Shown piece after piece: positions 50,102 through 62,160 of a stretch of 64,000 nt of DNA. A model generated the notes under the pieces. It was not told where the DNA came from. It did no database searches and saw only the letters and a list, made by a program, of their open reading frames with translations. The number at the start of each line of letters is the position of its first letter. Positions within the stretch are counted from its first letter, which is position 1. The DNA is from Heteronotia binoei (lineage: Eukaryota), in the NCBI RefSeq assembly GCF_032191835.1, contig NC_083232.1, positions 52,452,001 to 52,516,000 on the forward strand. The letters run 5' to 3'. The translations under genes and the position numbers were made by a program.

Positions 50102-51740
50102 AAGATAAGAGCATAAACGAGCCCTGTTGGATCATCAGAAGAACAGTTGATCTAATCCAGCATCCTGCCTCACACAGTGGCCAACCGTTCCTCTGGATGG
50201 CAAACAGCAGAAGCCGAGGCCTTCCCCTGATGTTGCCTCCTGGCTCTGGGATTCAGAGTGAATGCAGAAGTTCCCCTCAGTCACCATGGCTACTAGCTAT
50301 TGATAGACCTCCATGAATCTATCTAATCCCCCTTTAAAGCCAGTTATTCCTGTGGCCATCACTACATCCTCTGGCAGTGAATTCCACATTTTAAACTCTC
50401 TGTGTAAAGAAATATTTCTTTTTGTCCATCCTGAACCTACTGCCCATCAGTTTCATTGGATGCTCTTGAGATCTAATATTTTGGGAGAGGGAGAAAAAAA
50501 TGTCAACTCTCTCCACCGCATGCAAAATTTGATAAATCTCTATCATGTCCCTCCCCCCCTTAGTTGTCTCTTTTCTAAACGGAAAACTCTCAGACTCTTC
50601 AGCCTTGCCTCATAGAGGAAGGTGTTCCAGCCCCCTAATCATCTTGATTACCTTCCTCTGTACTTTTCCGAGTTTTGCAATGGTCTTTTGGAGATACAGT
50701 GACCAGAACTGTACACAATATTCCAAATGACTCTGCACCGTAGATCAATACAAGGGCATTACAATACTGGCCATTTTGTTCGCAATTCCTTTCCTAATAA
50801 TCCCTAACATTGAGTTTGCCTTTTTCACCACTGCAGCACATTGGGCTGACACTTATCTTGAGCTATCCATTACAACCCCAAGTTCTTTTCCCCTCTCAGT
50901 TCCAGCGAGTTCAGTTTAGTTAAAAAGCTGCTCTGCAACCTTTTAAATATTAATCACCAGCATCCTGATTCCCTTTTGGTTCAAGTGAAGCCTGTCTCTT
51001 TTGGACAGGTTTGGCTTGTCCCAGAAAATTCCTCAGTGCCTAACAAATCTAAACCCTTTCTCCTGCCACCACTGATCTGTGCTTGTCTAGCTGGCCCCAT
51101 GTATGGAACTGGCAACACTTCTGAGAATGCTACCTTTGAGGTCCTGACCTTTAACTTTCTGCGTTGTAACTTAATTTTTTTCCTTCAGAACCACACAACT
51201 ACATTTCCCAGTGTACACCATGACTACTGACTCCTCCCTGGCACTATCTATCAACTGTCTGGACAGCTCATGATGTCTGCAACCTTTGCACCGGGCAGGG
51301 AAGTCAACATGCTGTTAAAACACCTGTCACAGACCCCATTCTCTATATTGCTTATGATTGAATCTCCCACTACCAGAAGCCTGCCTGCCCTAGCCCCCCC
51401 AGTGGTATCCTCAGCCAAAAAAGGGTTCTATTTTAAGGGATCACATCCCTCCTCCTCAAACTGACACCCTCCGACCTCAGGATTCTCACTGTGCAAAACA
51501 GAAGAAGAGCTGTCAGCACAGGATCAAGGCTGTTCTGGTAAGTCCCTAAAGCTCTCTTCTTCGAACTTCTCTCTGCCTCAGCTTTTCCAGGTTGGCGACT
51601 CTTACTTCAAGGAAATGAACCTGCTTCCAGAGAGCCATGAGCCCCATGCAGTGAGCACACATCCACTATTTCCATCCAGTGGTTAGATAATCATACATGT
51701 AGCACCCTCTGCAAAACACTGTATAGGTCCCACACCCCTG
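50102..51740 (-). mobile_element. Internally deleted CR1 (ORF1 remnant joined to the ORF2 C-terminus and 3' end)
   Basis: ORF1 Cys motif region (~51600-51740) and esterase region (~50915-51320) join at about 50914 to post-RT sequence. About 2.36 kb present in the 21624-25107 copy is missing. Confidence 0.85.
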
Positions 51741-51812
51741 CTAGCTTTCTACCTTCATATCTGGTTAGTGGATAAAGTTTTCTAGTATGCTGCAGGGTCC
51801 TCAGGTCTGATC

Positions 51813-54800
51813 TAGGGGTGTGCATTCAGTTCTGCTGAACCGAATCAACCGTCGAATCACCCCTGATTTGGCTGTATACGGAATCGCATACAGCCGAATC
51901 CAATTGGGGCCCATTATGTAGGAGCCGAGTATGGCTCCCTGTATACTTCTGTATAGATATTCAGAAGTATACGGAAATCCATGGAAAAGGCGGGAAAGGG
52001 GCTTCTGCAGCCTCAGGGGAGCTGCTTGCCTCCTTTCCCGCCTTTGGTAGCCTTTTCCCGCCTCTCCCATAGCCTCCCTGGGATCAGGGGGGGCGGAGGG
52101 GGAAGAGGAGCCCCAGCAGCCAATCCAAAGCACGCATTTGCAAAATGCATTGCATATGCATGCTTTGCAGGGCTGTTGTGTAGCTGATCCCCCAGCCATC
52201 AGCCACATTGTTGTTCTTTTGATCTTTTGCTTACTTGGGTCGGGGCGCCCGGGAAGGGGAAATACCTCTCCCGGTCTTCGACGGGGCGCCGCTGAAAGCG
52301 GCGCACCGGGTTAGGAGTCTGGGAGTTTTACTGGAGCCTTCTTTATCAATGGAGGCCCAGATTGCAGCCACTTCCAAGTCAGCCTTTTTTCATCTGAGGT
52401 GGGCAAGGCAGTTGGCTCCCTTCCTAGAGCGCCAAGACCTGGCAACGGTACTTCACGCAACGGTCACCTCGAGACTGGATTACTGTAATGCCCTCTACAT
52501 GGGGCTGCCTCTGTACCGAACCCGGAAGCTGCAGCTGGTGCAGAGCGCAGCGGCCAGACTGTTGTTGGGGCTCCCTAAATGGGAGCACATACAGCCTGGG
52601 CTGCGCGAGCTGCACTGGCTGCCAGTAACATACCGGATTCGTTACAAAGTGCTGGTCATTACCTTTAAAGCCCTATATGGTCGAGGACCTGTCTACCTTA
52701 GGGACCGTCTCTCCCCATACGAACCCCAGAGAGCACTGAGGTCAGCTGGAAAAAACTTGTTGACCACCCCCGGACCGAAAGAGGTGAAGCTGCAATGCAC
52801 CCGTAACCGGGCCTTCTCCTCTGTAGCCCCGAACCTATGGAACCAACTTCCAGAGGAAATGCGGGCCCTGCGGGACCTTGAACAATTCCGCAGGGCCTGC
52901 AAGACCTTCCTCTTCCGACTGGCTTTCGCTGACGAAGAAAGAAATTGCTAATGATTACCGCCATTATAAAAGCGCAACTAGCATTAGCACTTTTATCAAT
53001 TTAATTAAGTGATTTTAAACTTATCAGAATTTTTAATGTTTAATGTTAATGTAACCTTGTCTTTTGTATAAGGGAAATTGAATGATGTTGTTAGCCGCCC
53101 TGAGCCTGCTCCGGCGGGGAGGGCGGGATATAAATAAAATTATCTATCTATCTATCTATCAAGTAAGCACTGTTGTCTGGCCAATCACAGAGTAGTGCTA
53201 TTTTTTAAAATTGCTCTCTGTAGGGCCAGAGAACTGACAGAGTTTGTGTGCGTAGGAAGTTTTTCCCCTGTTGAGTAGACAGTTGAGTGCAACTCCAGAA
53301 CACTGTGGTAAAGAAACAAAACTCCACAACAGCCAGTAAACAGTTGTATTTTGGGTTAATACGTAAGAGGCAGTCACAGGCAGGCCAATGGTCATACACA
53401 AAATAGCAGTCCTTCCAATATGCAGCACCAAATCACAATCCAATAGAGAAGTCTAGAATCCAGTCCAATACATTACGTTAATAGCCAAGCAATCCTCCAG
53501 AGTAACAGTATATCAGTCTGATGTTCCTCCTCTCACATACGTCCTTCTCCTTCTCCTCCTTCCATCGCCCAGCAACTACTGTGAGCAATGCTATCACTGA
53601 TATAGTGCAGCCACCCAATCCTAACACTGATTGTAACATTAGCTGCACCTGTTCCTCTCGTGACTTCTATCACAGCTGTATAGTTTTAGTTGCATAACAT
53701 TGACTCAGCAGTTTAGTTCTCTTAAAGCAACTTAACACTGACAAGAACCTTTTTGAGGAGTCTGCCTGGCTGGATTCCTCCATTGCTGCTGTGTTGGTGT
53801 GAGAGAGAGATTATGCTGTGCTGGCCCTTGGCCTCAACTGCTGCTGCTCTCTCTCAGCCTTACCAGACTTGCCTGGAGTAGAGAAGACATCTAAGGTAAG
53901 ACAGTCTTGGGGTTCTTGTTTTTATTTTCGTTGGTAAAAGGACTTTTTAAGACTCAGAGTCCCATTACTTATCCAGATTTGGGTGGTGGGTAGCTTATTT
54001 GGGGTTAGGGTTAGGGGATTCTGCTGGGGGAGGGGGCCTGGGGTGGGGTTTTTTTTTGCCAATTTGCCCATATCTTAGTTTAGTGAGAGGACTTTTAAAA
54101 GTGCAGTGTCCTTTTACTTTTCCTGATTTGGGTAGCTTGGATTTCTTGGGGTTAGGGTGAAGGGGGTTTTTTGGGGGGAGGGGTTGGTAAAGTCCCTGTA
54201 TTGTTAAAAGTTAAGCTTTTTACAGTTTTAAAAGGTTTCTGTGTTTGATTTGTTGCTGCTGTGTTGTGCTGCTGTTGTTCCTTTTCTCTTCTGGTTCTTG
54301 GGGCGGGGCTGTTTGGCCTAATTTTGATTGATTAAAAGGCCACTTTTTTAACAGTTGAGTTTCTTGGCCTTCTCCTGCTGTCCCTTTTCCTGGTTCTGGT
54401 ATTGGTGGGGGGGGGGGAGGAAGCTGGCACCTGGGTGAGAGACCCAGAACCAGCAGGCTTGTTGTGCTTGGCCAGCTCTCCCCATGTTCTTTGGGGCAGG
54501 GCTGGAGAGCTGGCATCTGGGTTTGCTGCAGCCAGGTCTGCAGAGCAGACCTTGAGCAGATTGTGTTTTGTGTGGCAGGGTTCATAGAGTAGATAGATGT
54601 ATATAGTGCATTTGGGTCCTATAGAGATTCTCTGGTGTGAAGTTAGGTTTGGCTTTGGGTGCCCCAGGAATTGGACCCCCTGGCCCAATCTTTTTTTGGG
54701 ACTTGGGGGGTTTGTAGGGGAGAATCCCCTGCAGGTCCCCTGCAAATTTGGGGGCTCTCCCTCAAACCCCCTCCCCTCCAGGCGGCTTCAAATATACCCT

Positions 54801-54989
54801 ATTTGCCATTGATTTCAATCGCCCATAGGGTATAATGGGGCCGTATATTCGGAAATAGCCGCACATCTACTGTATATGCGGCTATTCCGACTACGGAATT
54901 CAGAAATATACGGGATTCCGTATCCCCCCCCTTTGTATATTTCCGAATCCGTGTACTACCGATTTTTTTTTTTTTTTTGCACATCCCTA
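51813..54989. mobile_element. 3.2-kb non-autonomous hAT element with nested insertions
   Basis: TIRs TAGGGGTGTGCA / TGCACATCCCTA (11/12). Perfect 8-bp TSD GTCTGATC (51805-51812 and 54990-54997). CpG-rich subterminal repeats (CCGAAT, ATACGG). Confidence 0.92.
52238..53159 (+). mobile_element. Young 5'-truncated L2-clade LINE
   Basis: Open frame to 52951 (RSLGVLLEPSLSMEAQI...VTSRLDYCNALYMGLP...LHWLPV...RAFSSVAPNLWNQLP). CpG-rich, with a GCCCTGAGCC...GGGCGGG 3' end and (TATC)n tail. Confidence 0.93.
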
Positions 54990-55605
54990 GTCTGATCCCC
55001 AGGCTAAGAGCCCCAGGCCAAGAGCCCTTTGACTTTTACCTTTTGGCTTATGGCAAAAGCTCACAAAGGAAGAGCCTTACAGTTCTGAAATTCACAGCCC
55101 CTGCCTCCCAGCAGCAATAGCAGAGAGCGGGGCCTGCAATCAGCCCCAGGAAAATAGACCTTGCTCAATGAGCAACAGACCAGACAAAAGACCCAAGCAC
55201 CTCGGTGGGAAGGGCGGGATATAAATCGAAATATAAATAAATAAATAAAATAAGCAGAACCAGACAAAAACACCACTCTCTAGCAGGCTACAAGCACTCA
55301 CTCACCCTCAAATTCTGTCCTCTCATAAAGCAACTCAGTTAATGCTCCTCAGTAGATTAGCAGTTTAGGAAATGCAACCCCCCCCCCAAAAAAAACTTCT
55401 CAACAGCTTTCTTTTGGGTTCATTCACCCAGCCCAGCTGTATGTTCTCACTCTGTTTATCCCCACCTCCACCTCTTTCTTCTCCCCTTGTTGTATCCTTT
55501 GTTTCAAATTCTAGATTGAAAGTCCTCTTGTATTCTATAAAATGCCACACAAATTGATAGCGCTACATAATTCCAATCAGTGACCAACATTCAGAGCTGG
55601 CATGA

Positions 55606-55800
55606 TGCAGTAGTTAGGAGTGGCAGACTCTAATCTGGACAACCGGGTTTTATTCCCCACTCCTCCAAATGAAGCCTGTTGGATAACCTTGAGTCACAGT
55701 TCTCTGAGAATTCTCTCAGCCCACCTACCTCACAAAGTGCCTTTTGTGAGGAGAGGAAGGGAAGGCGATTGTAGGCTACTTTCCTTAAAGTAGAGAAATG
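55606..55800 (+). mobile_element. tRNA-derived SINE
   Basis: Degenerate A/B boxes GCAGTAGTTAGG / GGGTTTTATTCCC. Body CTCTCAGCCCACCTACCTCACA is shared with 57105-57368. Confidence 0.7.
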
Positions 55801-55903
55801 CAGGATATAAAAACTTCCTCTGTCTTTCTTAATCTCGACAGCATAATGAAGATAGTAATGATGATCATGATGTCAGTAATGAAGATAATGTCAAACTGCA
55901 ATG

Positions 55904-56258
55904 TAGGGCTGCCAAGCTCCTGGGCCAGACTGGGGTTCTTCCACTCAGAAGGTCCCCAACCCACTGGCCCACATTGGGATGGCAAGGGGATCCCCTTTCG
56001 ACATTGATAGTGCGATGCTGTCACTTGTATTGTGCCGGCAATGTTGTGTGCCAACCACTCTGGGAGCTTTCAAAAAACCATAGAGTACCATAGAGTTTCC
56101 CTCCCAAATTGCTGGAGAATCTGGGAAAACCATAGAGTTTCCCCGGAAGCATCTAGAATGTCCAGCATGCAATGTCTCGATGATGTCACTTGTGAGTGAC
56201 ATCGTTGTGCCACGTGCTAAGTCCCCTGTCCGAGGCCATGGGGGACTTGACAACCCTA
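55904..56258. mobile_element. hAT-type MITE
   Basis: TIRs TAGGGCTGCCAA / TTGACAACCCTA. TSD CTGCAATG / CTGCAGTG (7/8). Confidence 0.85.
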
Positions 56259-56760
56259 CTGCAGTGTAAGATTATCTTGTCAAGACTGACCTCCTTGCCC
56301 TCATTTGAGTTATATGGGATGCTTTTGAGTATGGGGGTCACATCTGCAGAATCAGTAACCCTTGACTTAAGTTTAAGCTGCAATTTGTTTCATGTTCAAG
56401 TTTCTGAATTTAATCTCCTAGATCCAGTCTGTTAATAGGAGCACTTCTCTCTGTTATAAGGTACCTTTCCCTGTTGCAAGACTCTCCTTGCACTAGAAGA
56501 CAGTACCAGTGTTAGCAGAGTGAAGTCATGGAATCCAACCCTCTGAGCAGAGCCTACAGTACCACAGAGATGTATGAATGACCCAAGGCAGCAGGAGTGG
56601 GAGAGCGGCAGTGCAGTCCTAAGAAGTATACCTAAGCCTGTTGACTTTAATGGAGTTAAAAGGAGCGTAACTCTGCTCAGGATTGCAATATCAAGCACTT
56701 TGGAATTCCTTCTTTGAATAGACTGAAGCTATCAACTCAGGACAGAAACATGGTTGTTAT

Positions 56761-56941
56761 CAGGGCTTTTTTTGTAGCAGGAACTGTTTTGCATATTAGG
56801 CCACACACCCCTGATATAGTCAATCCTCCAAGAGCTTACAGGGCTCTTAGTGCAGGGTCTATTGTAAGCTCCAGGAGAATTGGCTACATCAAGGGTGTGT
56901 GGCCTAATATGCAAAGGAGTTCCTGCTACAAAAAAGCCCTG
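56761..56941. mobile_element. 181-bp fold-back hAT-type MITE
   Basis: CAGGGCTTTTTT...AAAAAAGCCCTG, self-complementary along nearly its whole length. TSD GTTGTTAT / GTTGTTGT (7/8). Confidence 0.9.
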
Positions 56942-57104
56942 GTTGTTGTCAGATAATTACAATAGATTTTTGTTTGATTAATCATTATATTATGCAGAAT
57001 TTTTTGCATTTTGTTTACTTCTGTATTTTGGGAATATGATGTATTGGGGGGAGGAACTGTAAGTGCCTTTTGAGTCCCCATGTAAAGAACAGGCTGGCTA
57101 GAAC

Positions 57105-57368
57105 TGAAGTATTCAGAAGAAGAAAAGTAGAGACTGGATTTATACCCTGCCCTTCACTCGGAATCTCAGAGCAACTCACAATCTCTTTTCCCTTTCTCTC
57201 CCCACAACAGACACCCTGTGAGGTAGGTGGGGCTCTTGAACAGGACAGCTCTGAGAGAGTTATGACTGACCCAAAGTCACTCCAGCAGTTGTATGTGGAG
57301 GAGTGAGGAATCAAACCCAGTTCTCCCAGATAAGAGTCCGCCCACTTAACCACTACACTAAACTGGCT
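57105..57368 (-). mobile_element. tRNA-derived SINE
   Basis: Reverse head GCCAGTTTAGTGTAGTGGTTAAG ... GGTTTGATTCCTC. (CTT)-type tail. Confidence 0.82.
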
Positions 57369-57437
57369 CTTGTGTATTCTTGTGTGTTTAAGAAACATGG
57401 ATAACAATAAAAGTGATTGCATTTTTGAAGGTTTCAT

Positions 57438-57443
57438 TTTATT
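57438..57443 (-). terminator. TMEM196: Candidate polyadenylation signal of TMEM196
   Basis: AATAAA on the minus strand about 600 nt after the last coding exon. Confidence 0.35.
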
Positions 57444-58039
57444 TGACATCTTTTATGAACAAGTTATGAAATATACTTCACAAATTGGAAATATTTACAG
57501 TTTCTTTACAGCAAGGCATTGTTCAAGTTTTAACTTATGGCATCCTAAAAGCATTCTGTCTTTCAAAACAAAGACATCAGTGTGGCTGCAGCATGCTCAT
57601 AATTCATTCAGTGGTCTCCGTAGCTGAAAGGCAAGGCTTTCATTCCTACCATTGTGCAATCCAGCATTTGAACCCACTCCATTGTCATGTGTAGGCCCAG
57701 GGTTTCTAAAAATCATCAAGAGAGGAATAGTTCACAAAGTCAGATTCAAATAGTTCCAAAGAACTATGAAAAATTATTTGGACCAAAAATAAATTTAGAG
57801 ACGTTATAAGTTCTGCTCATCTTCTAAATATGCAGTAAAATATATCTCCAGAATATGGAAGAGGAAATCCAAAGAACCAACTGAAAGGGGATGCCACTGT
57901 GCCATTTTTAAAACTGTAAAATTGTTGCAGATCAAAGCAAAGATTCATTCCATGCCTTCTTGCAAAGTTGTTGGCATCTACATGTTTTCCCTGTAAAGAG
58001 AATCCTGAAGATAGTTGTCCCATGAGCATTGTGAATCTT

Positions 58040-58102
58040 TCAGTATGCTCTACCATTATAAATTAAATGTGGTCCTCCATTGCTCATGTTGTCTGTCATT
58101 TC
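58040..58102 (-). CDS. TMEM196: TMEM196 last coding exon (EMTDNMSNGGPHLIYNGRAY* when exon 4 is skipped; RK* when it is included)
   Basis: TTACAG|GAAATGACAGAC acceptor. Peptide matches the recalled human C-terminus EITDNMSNGGPQLIFNGRV. TGA at 58042-58040. Confidence 0.9.
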   Translation of the reverse strand, partial: EMTDNMSNGGPHLIYNGRAY

Positions 58103-60566
58103 CTGTAAGAATTGAAATCACTAATTAAAGTTAGGTGGAATTTTGGGTCACTTTGATACATAGCTAATTACAAGTTTTAAGCAATGTAAGGTCTGCAGCC
58201 TGCATTCAGCTCATTCTTGCTTTCCTTTTGAGAAATATCCCCCATGTATGCACACACACGATAACCACCCCATATGTGAGTTGCTCCAATGGTGGCAGGC
58301 AGTGCAGGGTTTAGTCATCTGCAGAGGAAAGTCTTGGCAAGCTGAATGCAGAACTACCAAGCCTTAGTCTTTTACATTGTCCAGAATTCGGGGAGGGCAC
58401 TATATGTTTAGATACCTATACTATGATGTGATGCTGGCTATCATGAATGGTGATTACATGAGGCCTCTGGAGGCAAACATCCATCAGGCACAAAATGAAA
58501 TAGTGTTACAAGAGCAGAAGCTTCTGTAGCAGTGCCAACCTTAGCCATTCCAGTATGCAGGCAGAATGTTATACTAGACCATTCCCTATAGCCCTGCACC
58601 AGATCTTAAGTCTGGTTGGCCTGTGAGGTCAACATCTATGACTTGTGAGGTCTCATCTAGTCTTTCCTTGTATTCCTGTGTTCCTCACTGGAGCTTTTAC
58701 TTGACTTTCTCCCTTCCTGGTGGTTCTTATGCTGCAAATTTTCTCCAGGTTATGACAGGTTGCTGCTGCTCACCTACATGGATCTCACCTCAAAGTTGGG
58801 CTCTCATTCCCACTTTTGCTGGGATCCCTTCCCTGGTTGACCTGCTGTGGCCCTTTCACCCACTGATGTTCCTCAACACCAGATAACACTTGAGCACAGA
58901 TAGTACAGATAATAGTCTTCATCTACCACAAGCAGCTCTGAAAATGGTTTCCCTAAGCAACTCTTTCTTGCAAGTCTAGTCCTAGCCTTGCCATTTGAAA
59001 TCTCTTGAGGAAGATATTGTGCATATGTTCTGATCATGAAAGAGATGGCCGTTCAGTTTCAATGAACACTTATACCTTGGTCTCTGCTAGGATTTCCAGA
59101 AAAGGTGCCAGATAATGTTGATTGAAGTGTGGGTTTGGTGAAGAAGATACCTGTCTGCTGGGAAACAGAGCAAGATGTTGCTTATGAAAGCCAGCATAAT
59201 GCAGTCAAACAAACATTGGAGGAGGGCTAAAGAATTCTTTGGCCTCTCAAATCACTATCTGAACTTACATTTTCCCATTCGTAAAATTATATCATAGAGC
59301 TTGTTTACATAATCAAAGAAACAGAGCGAGAGAGATAACAGAGGGTGAAGCCATAGCTGGAAATTCAGGACTGTTACAGAAAATCAGACATTTCCCCCTG
59401 CTTCATTTCTAGTTCTAAGAATTCTATCAGAGTATTTTAGCATGACACCTTATGCTCTTCCTTAGGTCAGTTTCAGGTTACAATTATTTTGTTCCACTCA
59501 TGGGTACCACTATCTCCAGGTACCAACTATGTTATAGTTCATCACTGCACTTGAGCTTGTTTGGAGGTTCCAACAGGGGAGCACAGCTATTGTATACCCT
59601 TGACTAAAGAATGGTACACTCCTTCTATTTGGAATGGCCATCCTTTCCCACCAAATGCACAGCTTCAGGAGGGATGGACATGGAATGGTGTGGAGGGAAG
59701 AGACACCCACCTAACCAGCCAGATCAGCCAAATCAATCCTGGCAATCAATGGGGGGACAGATGTTGCAGCCAGATCACCTTCACACTAAGCTGCAGGAAG
59801 GAAAATGGTTCCTGCTTATCCAAACATTTGTTCTCTTTCTTGCTTCAGCCTCAGGCATGCTTTCTCATTACTTAAACAAATCCAGGTTTGAAGGTGAGAT
59901 TAAAATTTTGTTATTTCATGATCAGATTATGTAAACAAACTCCTAATAGCCTACGTCACATGAATACTATGAGGATGGACAAATTAAGGATGGTAAGAAA
60001 TGTTCAATCTAATGTTTAACCACAGTTTAACTGCCTTTGTTGGGCAATGTGCAAAAATTTAAATTCTCAGATTGTTCTCATTAATCACCGGCATAAATGT
60101 AATTATTTGAATTGTACTCCCTATTCAGTTATTAATGTTGATGGTTATTTCTTGAATTTTAATTGTTTTTCATGACACTACAGCCATAATTTAGTTTCCA
60201 CACCAAGATCTGAGAATTCCTTTTCACTCTGTTTTTCTCCAGTGGAGCAAGGAGAAGGGAATCCTTGGATCTAACCAGTGTGCCTCAACATGAAAGAGCT
60301 AGTAGAGAAGATGTAACTTCAGATCATGGGCACGACCAACCAAGACCATTTGGATGCTTAATAATGCTGGAGCAATATTTTAACTGAATAACAAACTTCC
60401 AAATGGTAGCACCTAATAGCATAGAGTTTTAAATGCCATTCACAAATGAAGATTTCTGAGGTTTGTTCAAATCATTGACGAAGATCTGATTATGTATTTG
60501 TCTGAAAAGCAGAACTTCTTAGGGTGACAATGTAAGAACATCATCACTCCCAAGCATTCAGCATAC

Positions 60567-60640
60567 CTGGGAGGCAACTCTGGTGTTGGGGGAATCACCG
60601 GGCAGCTGGGCAGGTCGGTTATTTCAATCCCCCTCAATCT
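60567..60640 (-). CDS. TMEM196: TMEM196 74-nt cassette exon (RLRGIEITDLPSCPVIPPTPELPP)
   Basis: ATTAG|AGA acceptor and CAG|GTATGC donor. Matches the recalled human isoform tail RLRAIEITDLPSCPVVPPTPELPTRK. Confidence 0.9.
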
Positions 60641-61599
60641 CTAATATAAATATAACAGTTATAAATAACCAGAAACACAGAACCAGAAACATATGCATAA
60701 TGCTAAATCAGTATCAAAACATATAAAGAGGACTTTGTTATAAACTAAAGATTTAACAATAGGTCTGTCCTGGAAAGAGCTTTTTCAAACTGTGAGAAGG
60801 CTTGGATCAGATGTTTCAATGATCCCACTGCTTACAAACACTCTGCATTCAATTCTGCCATGCCAAGGGAAAAAATCTCACTAGAACCTTCTCCCTGAGA
60901 AGCTGATTTATTTAGGGGATGTGGGGAGAGCATTCAGTCATTTTAATTTCCCCCTAGCCCTGTGCATTTTTATTGTCTAATGACCCCCACCTCACAAAAA
61001 TGCCCAATTTGGTACTGTCATTAATACAAATAGGAAAACAAACTCCAGATACTTCTTAATATATTATTATCTGCTCTGGCTGCTGTGCTTAATGTGTACC
61101 TCTGCCTACCCTTTTATGGATGCAAAAATGCAAGCCTCAGTAGATATTCTGCCATATTGCCTACTTTCTTGAGATGACAAATGAAAACCACTGTCTGGTT
61201 GTCTGTTCTCCTGCCTACCTTCTGTTCATAGGGTAACAGTGCCTGCTTTCTGGAAAGGGCCAGACATTTGTTTGTTCAAAAAAATAAATACACACCACAA
61301 GCTTTCTAAAAGCCAGGAAAGGGCAGAGACTGATGCACAGCCTACAGAGGTCATTCTAGAAACAGGGAGCAGCAGCAGCAGGAAGGCTGAATTTCTTCTT
61401 TAAAAAGGTTCAGCAAGCCTTGAGAAACAAGCACTTATCAGGGTATGATGTGCAGACTAAATAGGGTGCATGGGTTCACACCAGCTGAGCCAGCGCTTCA
61501 GATATGAGGGCCCTAAATTGTGAAGTGTTTTCAGGGTGAGCACCTTGGACTGACCCTAGAAACAAATCAGGAGGCAATGCAATTGTTTTAACACAAGGC

Positions 61600-62160
61600 A
61601 TCATGTTCCTATTGAATGAACCCTGTAAATGAATGGAATATAGAGCAGGATGTCATCAGCATATCGTTGACTCCAGATTATCTCACTGAGCTGCCCATAA
61701 TAGATGTTAAACAGCCTGGGTATGTAACCTTGCAGCACACTACATTTAACAGGCCATGCAACTGATTCAGTTCTCTCTGATAGAAATGTTCTTTGTTTAA
61801 AAGACAAAAACTATTGGAGTCCCGTATCTATACTCCCACTTTCCAATCAATGTAATAGAATGAAATGAGTCTCCATATCAAAGGCAGCCAATAGAGCTAA
61901 TTGGATCTAATAGAATCAGTAGAGAAAATATGCCCTGACCCATGCAGAAGTATTCAGGCAGATTTGACATTGTCTTATAAACTGGCTGATTTATTCTTTG
62001 CTAGAGATGGTTTTTGCAATGGCCTCACTACCATCTCTTTAAGGAGGTCTGAGAACATTTCCTTCCAGGAGAGACATTTTAATGATCCTAACCATGGTAA
62101 AATGGATCTTATCCTGGAAAGGCTGAATGAGCCAGAAAGAGTAAGGATTTGTGAGTGAGA
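61600..62160 (-). mobile_element. Old L2-clade LINE RT fragment in a TMEM196 intron
   Basis: SVLQGYIPRLFNIY..QL (GVPQGS..P.LFNIY) and QRYADDILLY. Confidence 0.7.

Noticed and set aside
53220-53699. Solo LTR inside the hAT element (TG...CA ends)
   Set aside because: No TSD or clear left boundary could be found, so it is left as unclassified cargo.
54001-54016. Interstitial telomeric array
   Set aside because: Only two TTAGGG units, inside a transposon's internal repeat.
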